Assembly: GCF_009914755.1 (NCBI RefSeq) | Contig: NC_060948.1 | Direction: 5' to 3' (one strand) | DNA: 64,000 nucleotides | Source: the human T2T-CHM13v2.0 reference genome, Homo sapiens | Shown here: positions 22,512 through 41,809 of the stretch, one piece after another | Numbering within the stretch: position 1 is the stretch's first letter | Layout: each line of letters starts with the position of its first letter | Notes under the pieces: model-generated | Told to the model about the DNA's origin: nothing | Database searches by the model: none | Seen by the model: only the letters and a program-made list of their open reading frames with translations | Program-made: the position numbers and the translations under genes

Positions 22512-24609
22512 AGATCCGTATTTTTTAAATGAAAAAAAATTTCAAAGGTACTCTGCTTGGTACAATAATCAAATGTATAAACTGAGGAATAAAACATAAC
22601 CATGAAACCTACTTATAACTGCATATGGAAAATACAGAGGATAATTTCTTAAATAACATATTTTGAAAGCCTTAACTAGTAATTTGAAGAGTTGGCATTT
22701 GAAAGGCCAGTATGAATATACCTTCAAAGCAGCAACACAGGTTCCCCATGAGAAAAAGCAAACACAGGGAAAATAAAACCACAAAGGTTCAATCTCTTCT
22801 GACCTTTGAAAGACACAGCACAGACAGTGGTCCTTAGGACGAAGAGCAGGAGACCCCTAATTCCGTCACCATGGCGATAGGGCATAAACATTGCCGGGTG
22901 AGGGCACAATCCACATTGTGAGGTCCAACTGCTGCCAGGAAGACAGGAGTGCTTTTACATAGACCGAAAGGTCATTGAAGGCTCAGAGTTTTGTTTCAAG
23001 AACTGAATCCCAAGCCCACACGTTATTAGGCTGCGCTTCTTAAAACAAGTTATGAGATGGGAAAAAGGGTACCCAGAAACATACGTATACATTATGTATA
23101 TAATAATATACAGTGTCATATATATAATATATATAACCTATGTATAATATTGTTTTACATCCTGCATCTTATGTTATATATATTGTATAAAATATAATAA
23201 TTGATAATATATAAGTTTTATAATTATACAATATGACATACAGTATATATTATAATTTATGACATATATAATATATGTTATATATCATATATAGAATATA
23301 TTATACGGTTAATATACGTATTAAATATAAATTATACATTATATATATTATATAGAATATATCTGTTATATATAATACTCATTATGCATAATATATATAT
23401 TATGTCTATGTTATATATAGTATAAAACAACATATAATAATATATAATTGTATATATAAAATGCGACATATAACATATATTATATTTTATAACATATGTA
23501 ATATATATTATATATAATACGTTGTATGTATAATACCTATATTAAATATATATTATATGACTATGTTATTAATTACATGTCACATGTGTTATATATTATA
23601 TATTTTACATAGAATATACCGGTTACATACAATATATACTATGTTACCTATAATGTATAATTTATTACATGTAAAATAAAGAATGCAATATATTATGTAA
23701 AATTTATAATATACAATATGTGGAATGTGATATATATAACATATAATATATGATATATGATATACAGTATATGATATATAACATACAATATATGATTCCT
23801 AATATATATGGTATACAATATATATTTTATGATATGTATACTATATGTTTTATATTCTGTTATATATAACTATTTGAAATTATATATAACTGTATAATAT
23901 TTTATGTAAATATGTATTATAATATATATAACAATATAATATATTATATATAACTATATATTATGTTATATATACTTTTATAACATAATTTACATAAAAT
24001 ATCATAATATAATATATATTATATTATTTCATATTACATAATATATATTACATATCACCCAATATAACTAACATACATAATATTATAATATAGATTATAT
24101 TATGTTATATTAAATATCATATATATCATGTATCATATATTCTATAATATATACTACACATTATATAATATGTATGATGTCTATTATGTGATATATATAA
24201 CTATATATATAATTATATTTTTATACATATAACTAGATAAACATGTAATTCTACATATTTTCATTTATAATATGTAGAATTATATAATCATATATAATTA
24301 TTTATATTCTATAAAAAATTTTATCATTATATAAATTATAATATATAAAAATTATAATATATACTACAAATATATATATTATATATCATATATGATATAG
24401 TACCTTTGTTATATATCATAATACATATAAATGTGTATTATGTTATCTATAATTATATAATTTCATATATAAGATGTATAATATGTATCATATATTATAT
24501 ATGTTATGTAATATATATAGTATATATATGATGACACAGGATAAATATTATATACTATGACATATAAAATATATGAGGTTATATGTTACATATAAGGCAT
24601 AGCACATAA

Positions 24610-24924
<315 letters not shown>

Positions 24925-27022
24925 AGATCCATATTTTTTAAATGAAAAAAAATTTCAAAGGTACTCTGCTTGGTACAATAATCAAATGTATAAACTGAGG
25001 AATAAAACATAACCATGAAACCTACTTATAACTGCATATGGAAAATACAGAGGATAATTTTTTAAATAACATATTTTGAAAGCCTTAACTAGTAATTTGA
25101 AGAGTTGGCATTTGAAAGGCCAGTATGAATATACCTTCAAAGCAGCAACACAGGTTCCCCATGAGAAAAAGCAAACACAGGGAAAATAAAACCACAAAGG
25201 TTCAATCTCTTCTGACCTTTGAAAGACACAGCACAGACAGTGGTCCTTAGGACGAAGAGCAGGAGACCCCTAATTCCGTCACCATGGCGATAGGGCATAA
25301 ACATTGCTGGGTGAGGGCACAATCCACATTGTGAGGTCCAACTACTGCCAGGAAGACAGGAGTGCTTTTACATAGACCGAAAGGTCATTGAAGGCTCAGA
25401 GTTTTGTTTCAAGAACTGAATCCCAAGCCCACACGTTATTAGGCTGCGCTTCTTAAAACAAGTTATGAGATGGGAAAAAGGGCACCCACAAACATACGTA
25501 TACATTATGTATATAATAATATACAGTGTCATATATATAATATATATAACCTATGTATAATATTGTTTTACATCCTGCATCTTATGTTATATATATTGTA
25601 TAAAATATAATAATTGATAATATATAAGTTTTATAATTATACAATATGACATACAGTATATATTATAATTTATGACATATATAATATATGTTATATATCA
25701 TATATAGAATATATTATACGGTTAATATACGTATTAAATATAAATTATACATTATATATATTATATATAATATATCTGTTATATATAATACTCATTATGC
25801 ATAATATATATATTATGTCTATGTTATATATAGTATAAAACAACATATAATAATATATAATTGTATATATAAAATGCGACATATAATATATATTATATTT
25901 TATAACATATGTAATATATATTATATATAATACGTTGTATGTATAATACCTATATTAAATATATATTATATGACTATGTTATTAATTACATGTCACATGT
26001 GTTATATATTATATATTTTACATAGAATATACCGGTTACATACAATATATACTATGTTACCTATAATGTATAATTTATTACATGTAAAATAAAGAATGCA
26101 ATATATTATGTAAAATTTATAATATACAATATGTGGAATGTGATATATATAACATATAATATATGATATATGATATACAGTATATGATATATAACATACA
26201 ATATATGATTCCTAATATATATGGTATACAATATATATTTTATGATATGTATACTATATGTTTTATATTCTGTTATATATAACTATTTGAAATTATATAT
26301 AACTGTATAATATTTTATGTAAATATGTAATATAATATATATAACTATATAATATATTATATATAACTATATATTATGTTATATATACTTTTATAACATA
26401 ATTTACATAAAATATCATAATATAATATATATTATATTATTTCATATTACATAATATATATTACATATCACCCAATATAACTAACATACATAATATTATA
26501 ATATAGATTATATTATGTTATATTAAATATCATATATATCATGTATCATATATTCTATAATATATATTACACATTATATAATATGTATGATGTCTATTAT
26601 GTGATATATATAACTATATATATAATTATATTTTTATACATATAACAAGATAAACATGTAATTCTACATATTTTCATTTATAATATGTAGAATTATATAA
26701 TCATATATAATTATTTATATTCTATAAAAAATTTTATCATTATATAAATTATAATATATAAAAATTATAATATATACTACAAATATATATATTATATATC
26801 ATATATGATATAGTACCTTTGTTATATATCATAATACATATAAATGTGTATTATGTTATCTATAATTATATAATTTCATATATAAGATGTATAATATGTA
26901 TCATATATTATATATGTTATGTAATATATATAGTATATATATGATGACACAGGATAAATATTATATACTATGACATATAAAATATATGAGGTTATATGTT
27001 ACATATAAGGCATAGCACATAA

Positions 27023-27337
<315 letters not shown>

Positions 27338-29435
27338 AGATCCATATTTTTTAAATGAAAAAAAATTTCAAAGGTACTCTGCTTGGTACAATAATCAAAT
27401 GTATAAACTGAGGAATAAAACATAACCATGAAACCTACTTATAACTGCATATGGAAAATACAGAGGATAATTTTTTAAATAACATATTTTGAAAGCCTTA
27501 ACTAGTAATTTGAAGAGTTGGCATTTGAAAGGCCAGTATGAATATACCTTCAAAGCAGCAACACAGGTTCCCCATGAGAAAAAGCAAACACAGGGAAAAT
27601 AAAACCACAAAGGTTCAATCTCTTCTGACCTTTGAAAGACACAGCACAGACAGTGGTCCTTAGGACGAAGAGCAGGAGACCCCTAATTCCGTCACCATGG
27701 CGATAGGGCATAAACATTGCTGGGTGAGGGCACAATCCACATTGTGAGGTCCAACTGCTGCCAGGAAGACAGGAGTGCTTTTACATAGACCGAAAGGTCA
27801 TTGAAGGCTCAGAGTTTTGTTTCAAGAACTGAATCCCAAGCCCACACGTTATTAGGCTGCGCTTCTTAAAACAAGTTATGAGATGGGAAAAAGGGCACCC
27901 ACAAACATACGTATACATTATGTATATAATAATATACAGTGTCATATATATAATATATATAACCTATGTATAATATAGTTTTACATCCTGCATCTTATGT
28001 TATTTATATTGTATAAAATATAATAATTGATAATAGATAAGTTTTATAATTATACAATATGACATACAGTATATATTATAATTTATGACATATATAATAT
28101 ATGTTATATATCATATATAGAATATATTATACGGTTAATATACGTATTAAATATAAATTATACATTATATATATTATATATAATATATCTGTTATATATA
28201 ATACCCATTATGCATAATATATATATTATGTCTATGTTATATATAGTATAAAACAACATATAATAATATATAATTGTATATATAAAATGCGACATATAAT
28301 ATATATTATATTTTATAACATATGTAATATATATTATATATAATATGTTGTATGTATAATACCTATATTAAATATATATTATATGACTATGTTATTAATT
28401 ACATGTCACATGTGTTATATATTATATATTTTACATAGAATATACCGGTTACATACAATATATACCATGTTACCTATAATGTATAATTTATTACATGTAA
28501 AATAAAGAATGCAATATATTATGTATAATTTATAATATACAATATGTGGAATGTGATATATATAACATATAATATATGATATATGATATACAGTATATGA
28601 TATATAACATACAATATATGATTCCTAATATATATGGTATACAATATATATTTTATGATATGTGTTCTATATGTTTTATATTCTGTTATATATAACTATT
28701 TGAAATTATATATAACTGTATAATATTTTATGTAAATATGTAATATAATATATATAACTATATAATATATTATATATAACTATATATTATGTTATATATA
28801 CTTTTATAACATAATTTACATAAAATATCATAATATAATATATATTATATTATTTCATATTAAATAATATATATTACATATCACCCAATATAACTAACAT
28901 ACATAATATTATAATATAGATTATATTGTGTTATATTAAATATCATATATATCTTGTATCATATATTCTATAATATATATTACACATTATATAATATGTA
29001 TGTTGTCTATTATGTGATATATATAACTATATATATAATTATATTTTTATACATATAACTAGATAAACATGTAATTCTACATATTTTCATTTATAATACG
29101 TAGAATTATATAATCATATATAATTATTTATATTCTATAAAAAATATTATCATTATATAAATTATAATATATAAAAATTATAATATGTACTACAAATATA
29201 TATATTATATATCATATATGATATAGTACCTTTGTTATATATCACAATACATATAAATGTGTATTATGTTATCTATAATTATATAATTTCATATATAAGA
29301 TGTATAATATGTATCTTATATTATATAAGTTATGTAATATATATAGTATATATAAGATGACACAGGATAAATATTATATACTATGACATATAAAATATAT
29401 GAGGTTATATGTTACATATAAGGCATAGCACATAA

Positions 29436-29750
<315 letters not shown>

Positions 29751-31844
29751 AGATCCATATTTTTTAAATGAAAAAAAATTTCAAAGGTACTCTGCTTGGT
29801 ACAATAACCAAATGTATATACTGAGGAATAAAACATAACCATGAAACCTACTTATAACTGCATATGGAAAATACAGAGGTTAATTTTTTAAATAACATAT
29901 TTTGAAAGCCTTAACTAGTAATTTGAAGAGTTGGCATTTGAAAGGCCAGTATGAATATACCTTCAAAGCAGCAACACAGGTTCCCCATGAGAAAAAGCAA
30001 ACTCAGGGAAAATAAAAACACAAAGGTTCAATCTCTTCTGACCTTTGAAAGACACAGCACAGACAGTGGTCCTTAGGACGAAGAGCAGGAGACCCCTAAT
30101 TCCGTCACCATGGCGATAGGGCATAAACATTGCTGGGTGAGGGCACAATCCACATTGTGAGGTCCAACTGCTGCCAGGAAGACAGGAGTGCTTTTACGTA
30201 GACCGAAAGGTCATTGAAGGCTCAGAGTTTTGTTTCAAGAACTGAATCCCAAGCCCACACGTTATTAGGCTGCGCTTCTTAAAACAAGTTATGAGATGGG
30301 AAAAAGGGCACCCACAAACATACGTATACATTATGTATATAATAATATACAGTGTCATATATATAATATATATAACCTATGTATAATATTGTTTTACATC
30401 CTGCATCTTGTTATGTATATTGTATAAAATATAATAATTGATAATATATAAGTTTTATAATTATACAATATGACATATAGTATATATAATAATTTATGAC
30501 CTATATAATATATGTTATATATCATATATAGAATATATTATACGGTTAATATACGTATTAAATATAAATTATACATTATATATATTATATATAATATATC
30601 TGTTATATATAATACTCATTATGCATAATATATATATTATGTCTATGTTATATATAGTATAAAACAACATATAATAATATATAATTGTATATATAAAATG
30701 CGACATATAATATATATTATATTTTATAACATATGTAATATATATTATATATAATACGTTGTATGTGTAATACCTATATTAAATATATATTATATGACTA
30801 TGTTATTAATTACATGTCACATGTGTTATATATTATATATTTTTCATAGAATATACCGGTTACATACAATATATACTATGTTACCTATAATGTATAATTT
30901 ATTACATGTAAAATAAAGAATGCAATATATTATGTAAAATTTATAATATACAATATGTGGAATGTGATATATATAACATATAATATATGATATATGATAT
31001 ACAGTATATGATATATAACATACAATATATGATTCCTAATATATATGGTATACAATATATATTTTATGATATGTATACTATATGTTTTATATTCTGTTAT
31101 ATATAACTATTTGAAATTATATATAACTGTATAATATTTTATGTAAATATGTAATATAATATATAACAATATAATATATTATATATAACTATATATTATG
31201 TTATATATACTTTTATAACATAATTTACATAAAATATCATAATATAATATATATTATATTATTTCATATTACATAATATATATTACATATCACCCAATAT
31301 AACTAACATACATAATATTATAATATAGATTATATTATGTTATATTAAATATCATATATATCATGTATCATATATTCTATAATATATATTACACATTATA
31401 TAATATGTATGATGTCTATTATGTGATATATATAACTATATATATAATTATATTTTTATACATATAACTAGATAAACATGTAATTCTACATATTTTCATT
31501 TATAATATGTGGAATTATATAATCATATATAATTATTTATATTCTATAAAAAATTTTATCATTATATAAATTATAATATATAAAAATTATAATATATACT
31601 ACAAATATATATATTATATATCATATATGATATAGTACCTTTGTTATATATCATAATACATATAAATGTGTATTATGTTATCTATAATTATATAATTTCA
31701 TATATAAGATGTATAATATGTATCATATATTATATATGTTATGTAATATATATAGTATATATATGATGACACAGGATAAATATTATATACTATGACATAT
31801 AAAATATATGAGGTTATATGTTACATATAAGGCATAGCACATAA

Positions 31845-32159
<315 letters not shown>

Positions 32160-34257
32160 AGATCCATATTTTTTAAATGAAAAAAAATTTCAAAGGTACT
32201 CTGCTTGGTACAATAATCAAATGTATAAACTGAGGAATAAAACATAACCATGAAACCTACTTATAACTGCATATGGAAAATACAGAGGATAATTTTTTAA
32301 ATAACATATTTTGAAAGCCTTAACTAGTAATTTGAAGAGTTGGCATTTGAAAGGCCAGTATGAATATACCTTCAAAGCAGCAACACAGGTTCCCCATGAG
32401 AAAAAGCAAACACAGGGAAAATAAAAACACAAAGGTTCAATCTCTTCTGACCTTTGAAAGACACAGCACAGACAGTGGTCCTTAGGACGAAGAGCAGGAG
32501 ACCCCTAATTCCGTCACCATGGCGATAGGGCATAAACATTGCTGGGTGAGGGCACAATCCACATTGTGAGGTCCAACTGCTGCCAGGAAGACAGGAGTGC
32601 TTTTACATAGACCGAAAGGTCATTGAAGGCTCAGAGTTTTGTTTCAAGAACTGAATCCCAAGCCCACACGTTATTAGGCTGCGCTTCTTAAAACAAGTTA
32701 TGAGATGGGAAAAAGGGCACCCACAAACATACGTATACATTATGTATATAATAATATACAGTGTCATATATATAATATATATAACCTATGTATAATATAG
32801 TTTTACATCCTGCATCTTATGTTATTTATATTGTATAAAATATAATAATTGATAATAGATAAGTTTTATAATTATACAATATGACATACAGTATATATCA
32901 TAATTTATGACATATATAATATATGTTATATATCATATATAGAATATATTATACGGTTAATATACGTATTAAATATAAATTATACATTATATATATTATA
33001 TATAATATATCTGTTATATATAATACCCATTATGCATAATATATATATTATGTCTATGTTATATATAGTATAAAACAACATATAATAATATATAATTGTA
33101 TATATAAAATGCGACATATAATATATATTATATTTTATAACATATGTAATACATATTATATATAATATGTTGTATGTATAATACCTATATTAAATATATA
33201 TTATATGACTATGTTATTAATTACATGTCACATGTGTTATATATTATATATTTTACATAGAATATACCGGTTACATACAATATATACCATGTTACCTATA
33301 ATGTATAATTTATTACATGTAAAATAAAGAATGCAATATATTATGTATAATTTATAATATACAATATGTGGAATGTGATATATATAACATATAATATATG
33401 ATATATGATATACAGTATATGATATATAACATACAATATATGATTCCTAATATATATGGTATACAATATATATTTTATGATATGTATTCTATATGTTTTA
33501 TATTCTGTTATATATAACTATTTGAAATTATATATAACTGTATAATATTTTATGTAAATATGTAATATAATATATATAACTATATAATATATTATATATA
33601 ACTATATATTATGTTATATATACTTTTATAACATAATTTACATAAAATATCATAATATAATATATATTATATTATTTCATATTAAATAATATATATTACA
33701 TATCACCCAATATAACTAACATACATAATATTATAATATAGATTATATTGTGTTATATTAAATATCATATATATCTTGTATCATATATTCTATAATATAT
33801 ATTACACATTATATAATATGTATGTTGTCTATTATGTGATATATATAACTATATATATAATTATATTTTTATACATATAACTAGATAAACATGTAATTCT
33901 ACATATTTTCATTTATAATACGTAGAATTATATAATCATATATAATTATTTATATTCTATAAAAAATTTTATCATTATATAAATTATAATATATAAAAAT
34001 TATAATATGTACTACAAATATATATATTATATATCATATATGATATAGTACCTTTGTTATATATCACAATACATATAAATGTGTATTATGTTATCTATAA
34101 TTATATAATTTCATATATAAGATGTATATTATGTATCTTATATTATATAAGTTATGTAATATATATAGTATATATAAGATGACACAGGATAAATATTATA
34201 TACTATGACATATAAAATATATGAGGTTATATGTTACATATAAGGCATAGCACATAA

Positions 34258-34572
<315 letters not shown>

Positions 34573-36668
34573 AGATCCATATTTTTTAAATGAAAAAAAA
34601 TTTCAAAGGTACTCTGCTTGGTACAATAATCAAATGTATAAACTGAGGAATAAAACATAACCATGAAACCTACTTATAACTGCATATGGAAAATACAGAG
34701 GTTAATTTTTTAAATAACATATTTTGAAAGCCTTAACTAGTAATTTGAAGAGTTGGCATTTGAAAGGCCAGTATGAATATACCTTCAAAGCAGCAACACA
34801 GGTTCCCCATGAGAAAAAGCAAACACAGGGAAAATAAAAACACAAAGGTTCAATCTCTTCTGACCTTTGAAAGACACAGCACAGACAGTGGTCCTTAGGA
34901 CGAAGAGCAGGAGACCCCTAATTCCGTCACCATGGCGATAGGGCATAAACATTGCTGGGTGAGGGCACAATCCACATTGTGAGGTCCAACTGCTGCCAGG
35001 AAGACAGGAGTGCTTTTACGTAGACCGAAAGGTCATTGAAGGCTCAGAGTTTTGTTTCAAGAACTGAATCCCAAGCCCACACGTTATTAGGCTGCGCTTC
35101 TTAAAACAAGTTATGAGATGGGAAAAAGGGCACCCACAAACATACGTATACATTATGTATATAATAATATACAGTGTCATATATATAATATATATAACCT
35201 ATGTATAATATTGTTTTACATCCTGCATCTTGTTATGTATATTGTATAAAATATAATAATTGATAATATATAAGTTTTATAATTATACAATATGACATAT
35301 AGTATATATAATAATTTATGACCTATATAATATATGTTATATATCATATATAGAATATATTATACGGTTAATATACGTATTAAATATAAATTATACATTA
35401 TATATATTATATATAATATATCTGTTATATATAATACCCATTATGCATAATATATATATTATGTCTATGTTATATATAGTATAAAACAACATATAATAAT
35501 ATATAATTGTATATATAAAATGCGACATATAATATATATTATATTTTATAACATATGTAATATATATTATATATAATACGTTGTATGTATAATACCTATA
35601 TTAAATATATATTATATGACTATGTTATTAATTACATGTCACAAGTGTTATATATTATATATTTTACATAGAATATACCGGTTACATACAATATATACCA
35701 TGTTACCTATAATGTATAATTTATTACATGTAAAATAAAGAATGCAATATATTATGTAAAATTTATAACATACAATATGTGGAATGTGATATATATAACA
35801 TATAATATATGATATATGATATACAGTATATGATATATAACATACAATATATGATTCCTAATATATATGGTATACAATATATATTTTATGATATGTATTC
35901 TCTATGTTTTATATTCTGTTATATATAACTATTTGAAATTATATATAACTGTATAATATTTTATTTAAATATATAATATAATATATATAACTATATAATA
36001 TATTATATATAACTATATATTATGTTATATATACTTTTATAACATAATTTACATAAAATATCATAATATAATATATATTATATTATTTCATATTAAATAA
36101 TATATATTACATATCACCCAATATAACTAACATACATAATATTATAATATAGATTATATTGTGTTATATTAAATATCATATATATCTTGTATCATATATT
36201 CTATAATATATATTACACATTATATAATATGTATGTTGTCTATTATGTGATATATATAACTATATATATAATTATATTTTTATACATATAACTAGATAAA
36301 CATGTAATTCTACATATTTTCATTTATAATACGTAGAATTATATAATCATATATAATTATTTATATTCTATAAAAAATTTTATCATTATATAAATTATAA
36401 TATATAAAAATTATAATATGTACTACAAATATATATATTATATATCATATATGATATAGTACCTTTGTTATATATCACAATACATATAAATGTGTATTAT
36501 GTTATCTATAATTATATAATTTCATATATAAGATGTATAATATGTATCTTATATTATATAAGTTATGTAATATATATAGTATATATAAGATGACACAGGA
36601 TAAATATTATATACTATGACTTATAAAATATATGAGGTTATATGTTACATATAAGGCATAGCACATAA

Positions 36669-36983
<315 letters not shown>

Positions 36984-39081
36984 AGATCCATATTTTTTAA
37001 ATGAAAAAAAATTTCAAAGGTACTCTGCTTGGTACAATAATCAAATGTATAAACTGAGGAATAAAACATAACCATGAAACCTACTTATAACTGCATATGG
37101 AAAATACAGAGGTTAATTTTTTAAATAACATATTTTGAAAGCCTTAACTAGTAATTTGAAGAGTTGGCATTTGAAAGGCCAGTATGAATATACCTTCAAA
37201 GCAGCAACACAGGTTCCCCATGAGAAAAAGCAAACACAGGGAAAATAAAAACACAAAGGTTCAATCTCTGCTGACCTTTGAAAGACACAGCACAGACAGT
37301 GGTCCTTAGGACGAAGAGCAGGAGACCCCTAATTCCGTCACCATGGCGATAGGGCATAAACATTGCTGGGTGAGGGCACAATCCACATTGTGAGGTCCAA
37401 CTGCTGCCAGGAAGACAGGAGTGCTTTTACATAGACCGAAAGGTCATTGAAGGCTCAGAGTTTTGTTTCAAGGACTGAATCCCAAACCCACACGTTATTA
37501 GGCTGCGCTTCTTAAAACAAGTTATGAGATGGGAAAAAGGGCACCCACAAACATACGTATACATTATGTATATAATAATATACAGTATCATATATATAAT
37601 ATATATAACCTATGTATAATATTGTTTTACATCCTGCATCTTATGTTATATATATTGTATAAAATATAATAATTGATAATATATAAGTTTTATAATTATA
37701 CAATATGACATATAGTATATATTATAATTTATGACATATATAATATATGTTTTATATCATATATAGAATATATTATACGGTTAATATACGTATTAAATAT
37801 AAATTATACATTATATATATTATATATAATATATCTGTTATATATAATACCCATTATACATAATATATATATTATGTCTATGTTATATATAGTATAAAAC
37901 AACATATAATAATATATAATTGTATATATAAAATGCGACATATAATATATATTATATTTTATAACATATGTAATATATATTATATATAATACGTTGTATG
38001 TATAATACCTATATTAAATATATATTATATGACTATGTTATTAATTACATGTCACATGTGTTATATATTATATATTTTACATAGAATATACCGGTTACAT
38101 ACAATATATACCATGTTACCTATAATGTATAATTTATTACATGTAAAATAAAGAATGCAATATATTATGTAAAATTTATAACATACAATATGTGGAATGT
38201 GATATATATAACATATAATATATGATATATGATATACAGTATATGATATATAACATACAATATATGATTCCTAATATATATGGTATACAATATATATTTT
38301 ATGATATGTATTCTATATGTTTTATATTCTGTTATATATAACTATTTGAAATTATATATAACTGTATAATATTTTATGTAAATATGTAATATAATATATA
38401 TAACTATATAATATATTATATATAACTATATATTATGTTATATATACTTTTATAACATAATTTACATAAAATATCATAATATAATATATATTATATTATT
38501 TCATATTAAATAATATATATTACATATCACCCAATATAACTAACATACATAATATTATAATATAGATTATATTGTGTTATATTAAATATCATATATATCT
38601 TGTATCATATATTCTATAATATATATTACACATTATATAATATGTATGTTGTCTATTATGTGATATATATAACTATATATATAATTATATTTTTATACAT
38701 ATAACTAGATAAACATGTAATTCTACATATTTTCATTTATAATACGTAGAATTATATAATCATATATAATTATTTATATTCTATAAAAAATTTTATCATT
38801 ATATAAATTATAATATATAAAAATTATAATATGTACTACAAATATATATATTATATATCATATATGATATAGTACCTTTGTTATATATCACAATACATAT
38901 AAATGTGTATTATGTTATCTATAATTATATAATTTCATATATAAGATGTATAATATGTATCTTATATTATATAAGTTATGTAATATATATAGTATATATA
39001 AGATGACACAGGATAAATATTATATACTATGACATATAAAATATATGAGGTTATATGTTACATATAAGGCATAGCACATAA

Positions 39082-39396
<315 letters not shown>

Positions 39397-41517
39397 AGAT
39401 CCATATTTTTTAAATGAAAAAAAAATTCAAAGGTACTCTGCTTGGTACAATAATCAAATGTATAAACTGAGGAATAAAACATAACCATGAAACCTACTTA
39501 TAACTGCATATGGAAAATACAGAGGTTAATTTTTTAAATAACATATTTTGAAAGCCTTAACTAGTAATTTGAAGAGTTGGCATTTGAAAGGCCAGTATGA
39601 ATATACCTTCAAAGCAGCAACACAGGTTCCCCATGAGAAAAAGCAAACACAGGGAAAATAAAAACACAAAGGTTCAATCTCTGCTGACCTTTGAAAGACA
39701 CAGCACAGACAGTGGTCCTTAGGACGAAGAGCAGGAGACCCCTAATTCCGTCACCATGGCGATAGGGCATAAACATTGCTGGGTGAGGGCACAATCCACA
39801 TTGTGAGGTCCAACTGCTGCCAGGAAGACAGGAGTGCTTTTACATAGACCGAAAGGTCATTGAAGGCTCAGAGTTTTGTTTCAAGGACTGAATCCCAAAC
39901 CCACACGTTATTAGGCTGCGCTTCTTAAAACAAGTTATGAGATGGGAAAAAGGGCACCCACAAACATACGTATACATTATGTATATAATAATATACAGTA
40001 TCATATATATAATATATATAACCTATGTATAATGTTGTTTTACATCCTGCATCTTATGTTATATATATTGTATAAAATATAATAATTGATAATATATAAG
40101 TTTTATAATTATACAATATGACATATAGTATATATTATAATTTATGACATATATAATATATGTTTTATATCATATATAGAATATATTATACGGTTAATAT
40201 ACGTATTAAATATAAATTATACATTATATATATTATATATAATATATCTGTTATATATAATACACATTATGCATAATATATATATTATGTCTATGTTATA
40301 TACAGTATAAAACAACATATAATAATATATAATTGTATATATAAAATGCGACATATAATATATATTATATTTTATAACATATGTAATATATATTATATAT
40401 AATACGTTGTATGTATAATACCTATATTAAATATATATTATATGACTATGTTATTAATTACATGTCACATGTGTTATATATTATATATTTTACATAGAAT
40501 ATACCGGTTACATACAATATATACCATGTTACCTATAATGTATAATTTATTACATGTAAAATAAAGAATGCAATATATTATGTAAAATTTATAACATACA
40601 ATATGTGGAATGTGATATATATAACATATAATATATGATATATGATATACAGTATATGATATATAACATACAATATATGATTCCTAATATATATGGTATA
40701 CAATATATATTTTATGATATGTATTCTCTATGTTTTATATTCTGGTATATATAACTATTTGAAATTATATATAACTGTATAATATTTTATTTAAATATGT
40801 AATATAATATATATAACTATATAATATATTATATATAACTATATATTATGTTATATATTCTTTTACAACATAATTTACATAAAATATCATAATATAATAT
40901 ATATTATATTATTTCATATTACATAATATATATTACATATCACCCAATATAACTAACATACATAATATTATAATATAGATTATATTGTGTTATATTAAAT
41001 ATCATATATATCATGAATCATATATTCTATAATATATATTACACATTATATAATATGTATGTTGTCTATTATGTGATATATATAACTATATATATAATTA
41101 TATTTTTATACATATAACTAGATAAACATGTAATTCTACATATTTTCATTTATAATATGTAGAATTATACAATCATATATAATTATTTATATTCTATAAA
41201 AAATTTTATCATTATATAAATTATAATATATAAAAATTATAATATGTACTACAAATATATATATTATATATCATATATGATATAGTACCTTTGTTATATA
41301 TCATAATACATATAAATGTGTATTATGTTATCTATAATTATATAATTTCATATATAAGATGTATAATATGTATCATATATTATATATGTTATGTAATATA
41401 TATAGTATATATAAGATGACACAGGATAAATATTATATACTATGACATATAAAATATATGAGGTTATATGTTACATATAAGGCATAGCACATAACATGTA
41501 ATATATATCATATATAA

Positions 41518-41809
41518 TTTTTTTTTAGACAGAATCTTTTCCTGTTGCACAGGGTGGGGTACAATGGCGCCATCTTTGCTCACTGCAACTTCTGCCTCAC
41601 GGGTCCAAGCGATTGTCCTCCCTGAGCCTCCCAGGTAGCTGGGACTACACCACACTGGGACTACACCAGCTGCCACCATGCCTAGCTAATTTTTTGGATT
41701 TTTAGTAGTGACAGCGTTTCACTGTATTGGCCAGGATGGTCTTGATCTCTTCACCTTGTGATCCCCTTGCCTTGGCCTCCAAATTTGCTGGGATTACAGG
41801 CCTGAGCCA
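41518..41809 (-). mobile_element. Alu, unit 18
   Basis: Near-identical copy; aatcttttcc and cctgagcctc variants shared with unit 21. Confidence 0.95.
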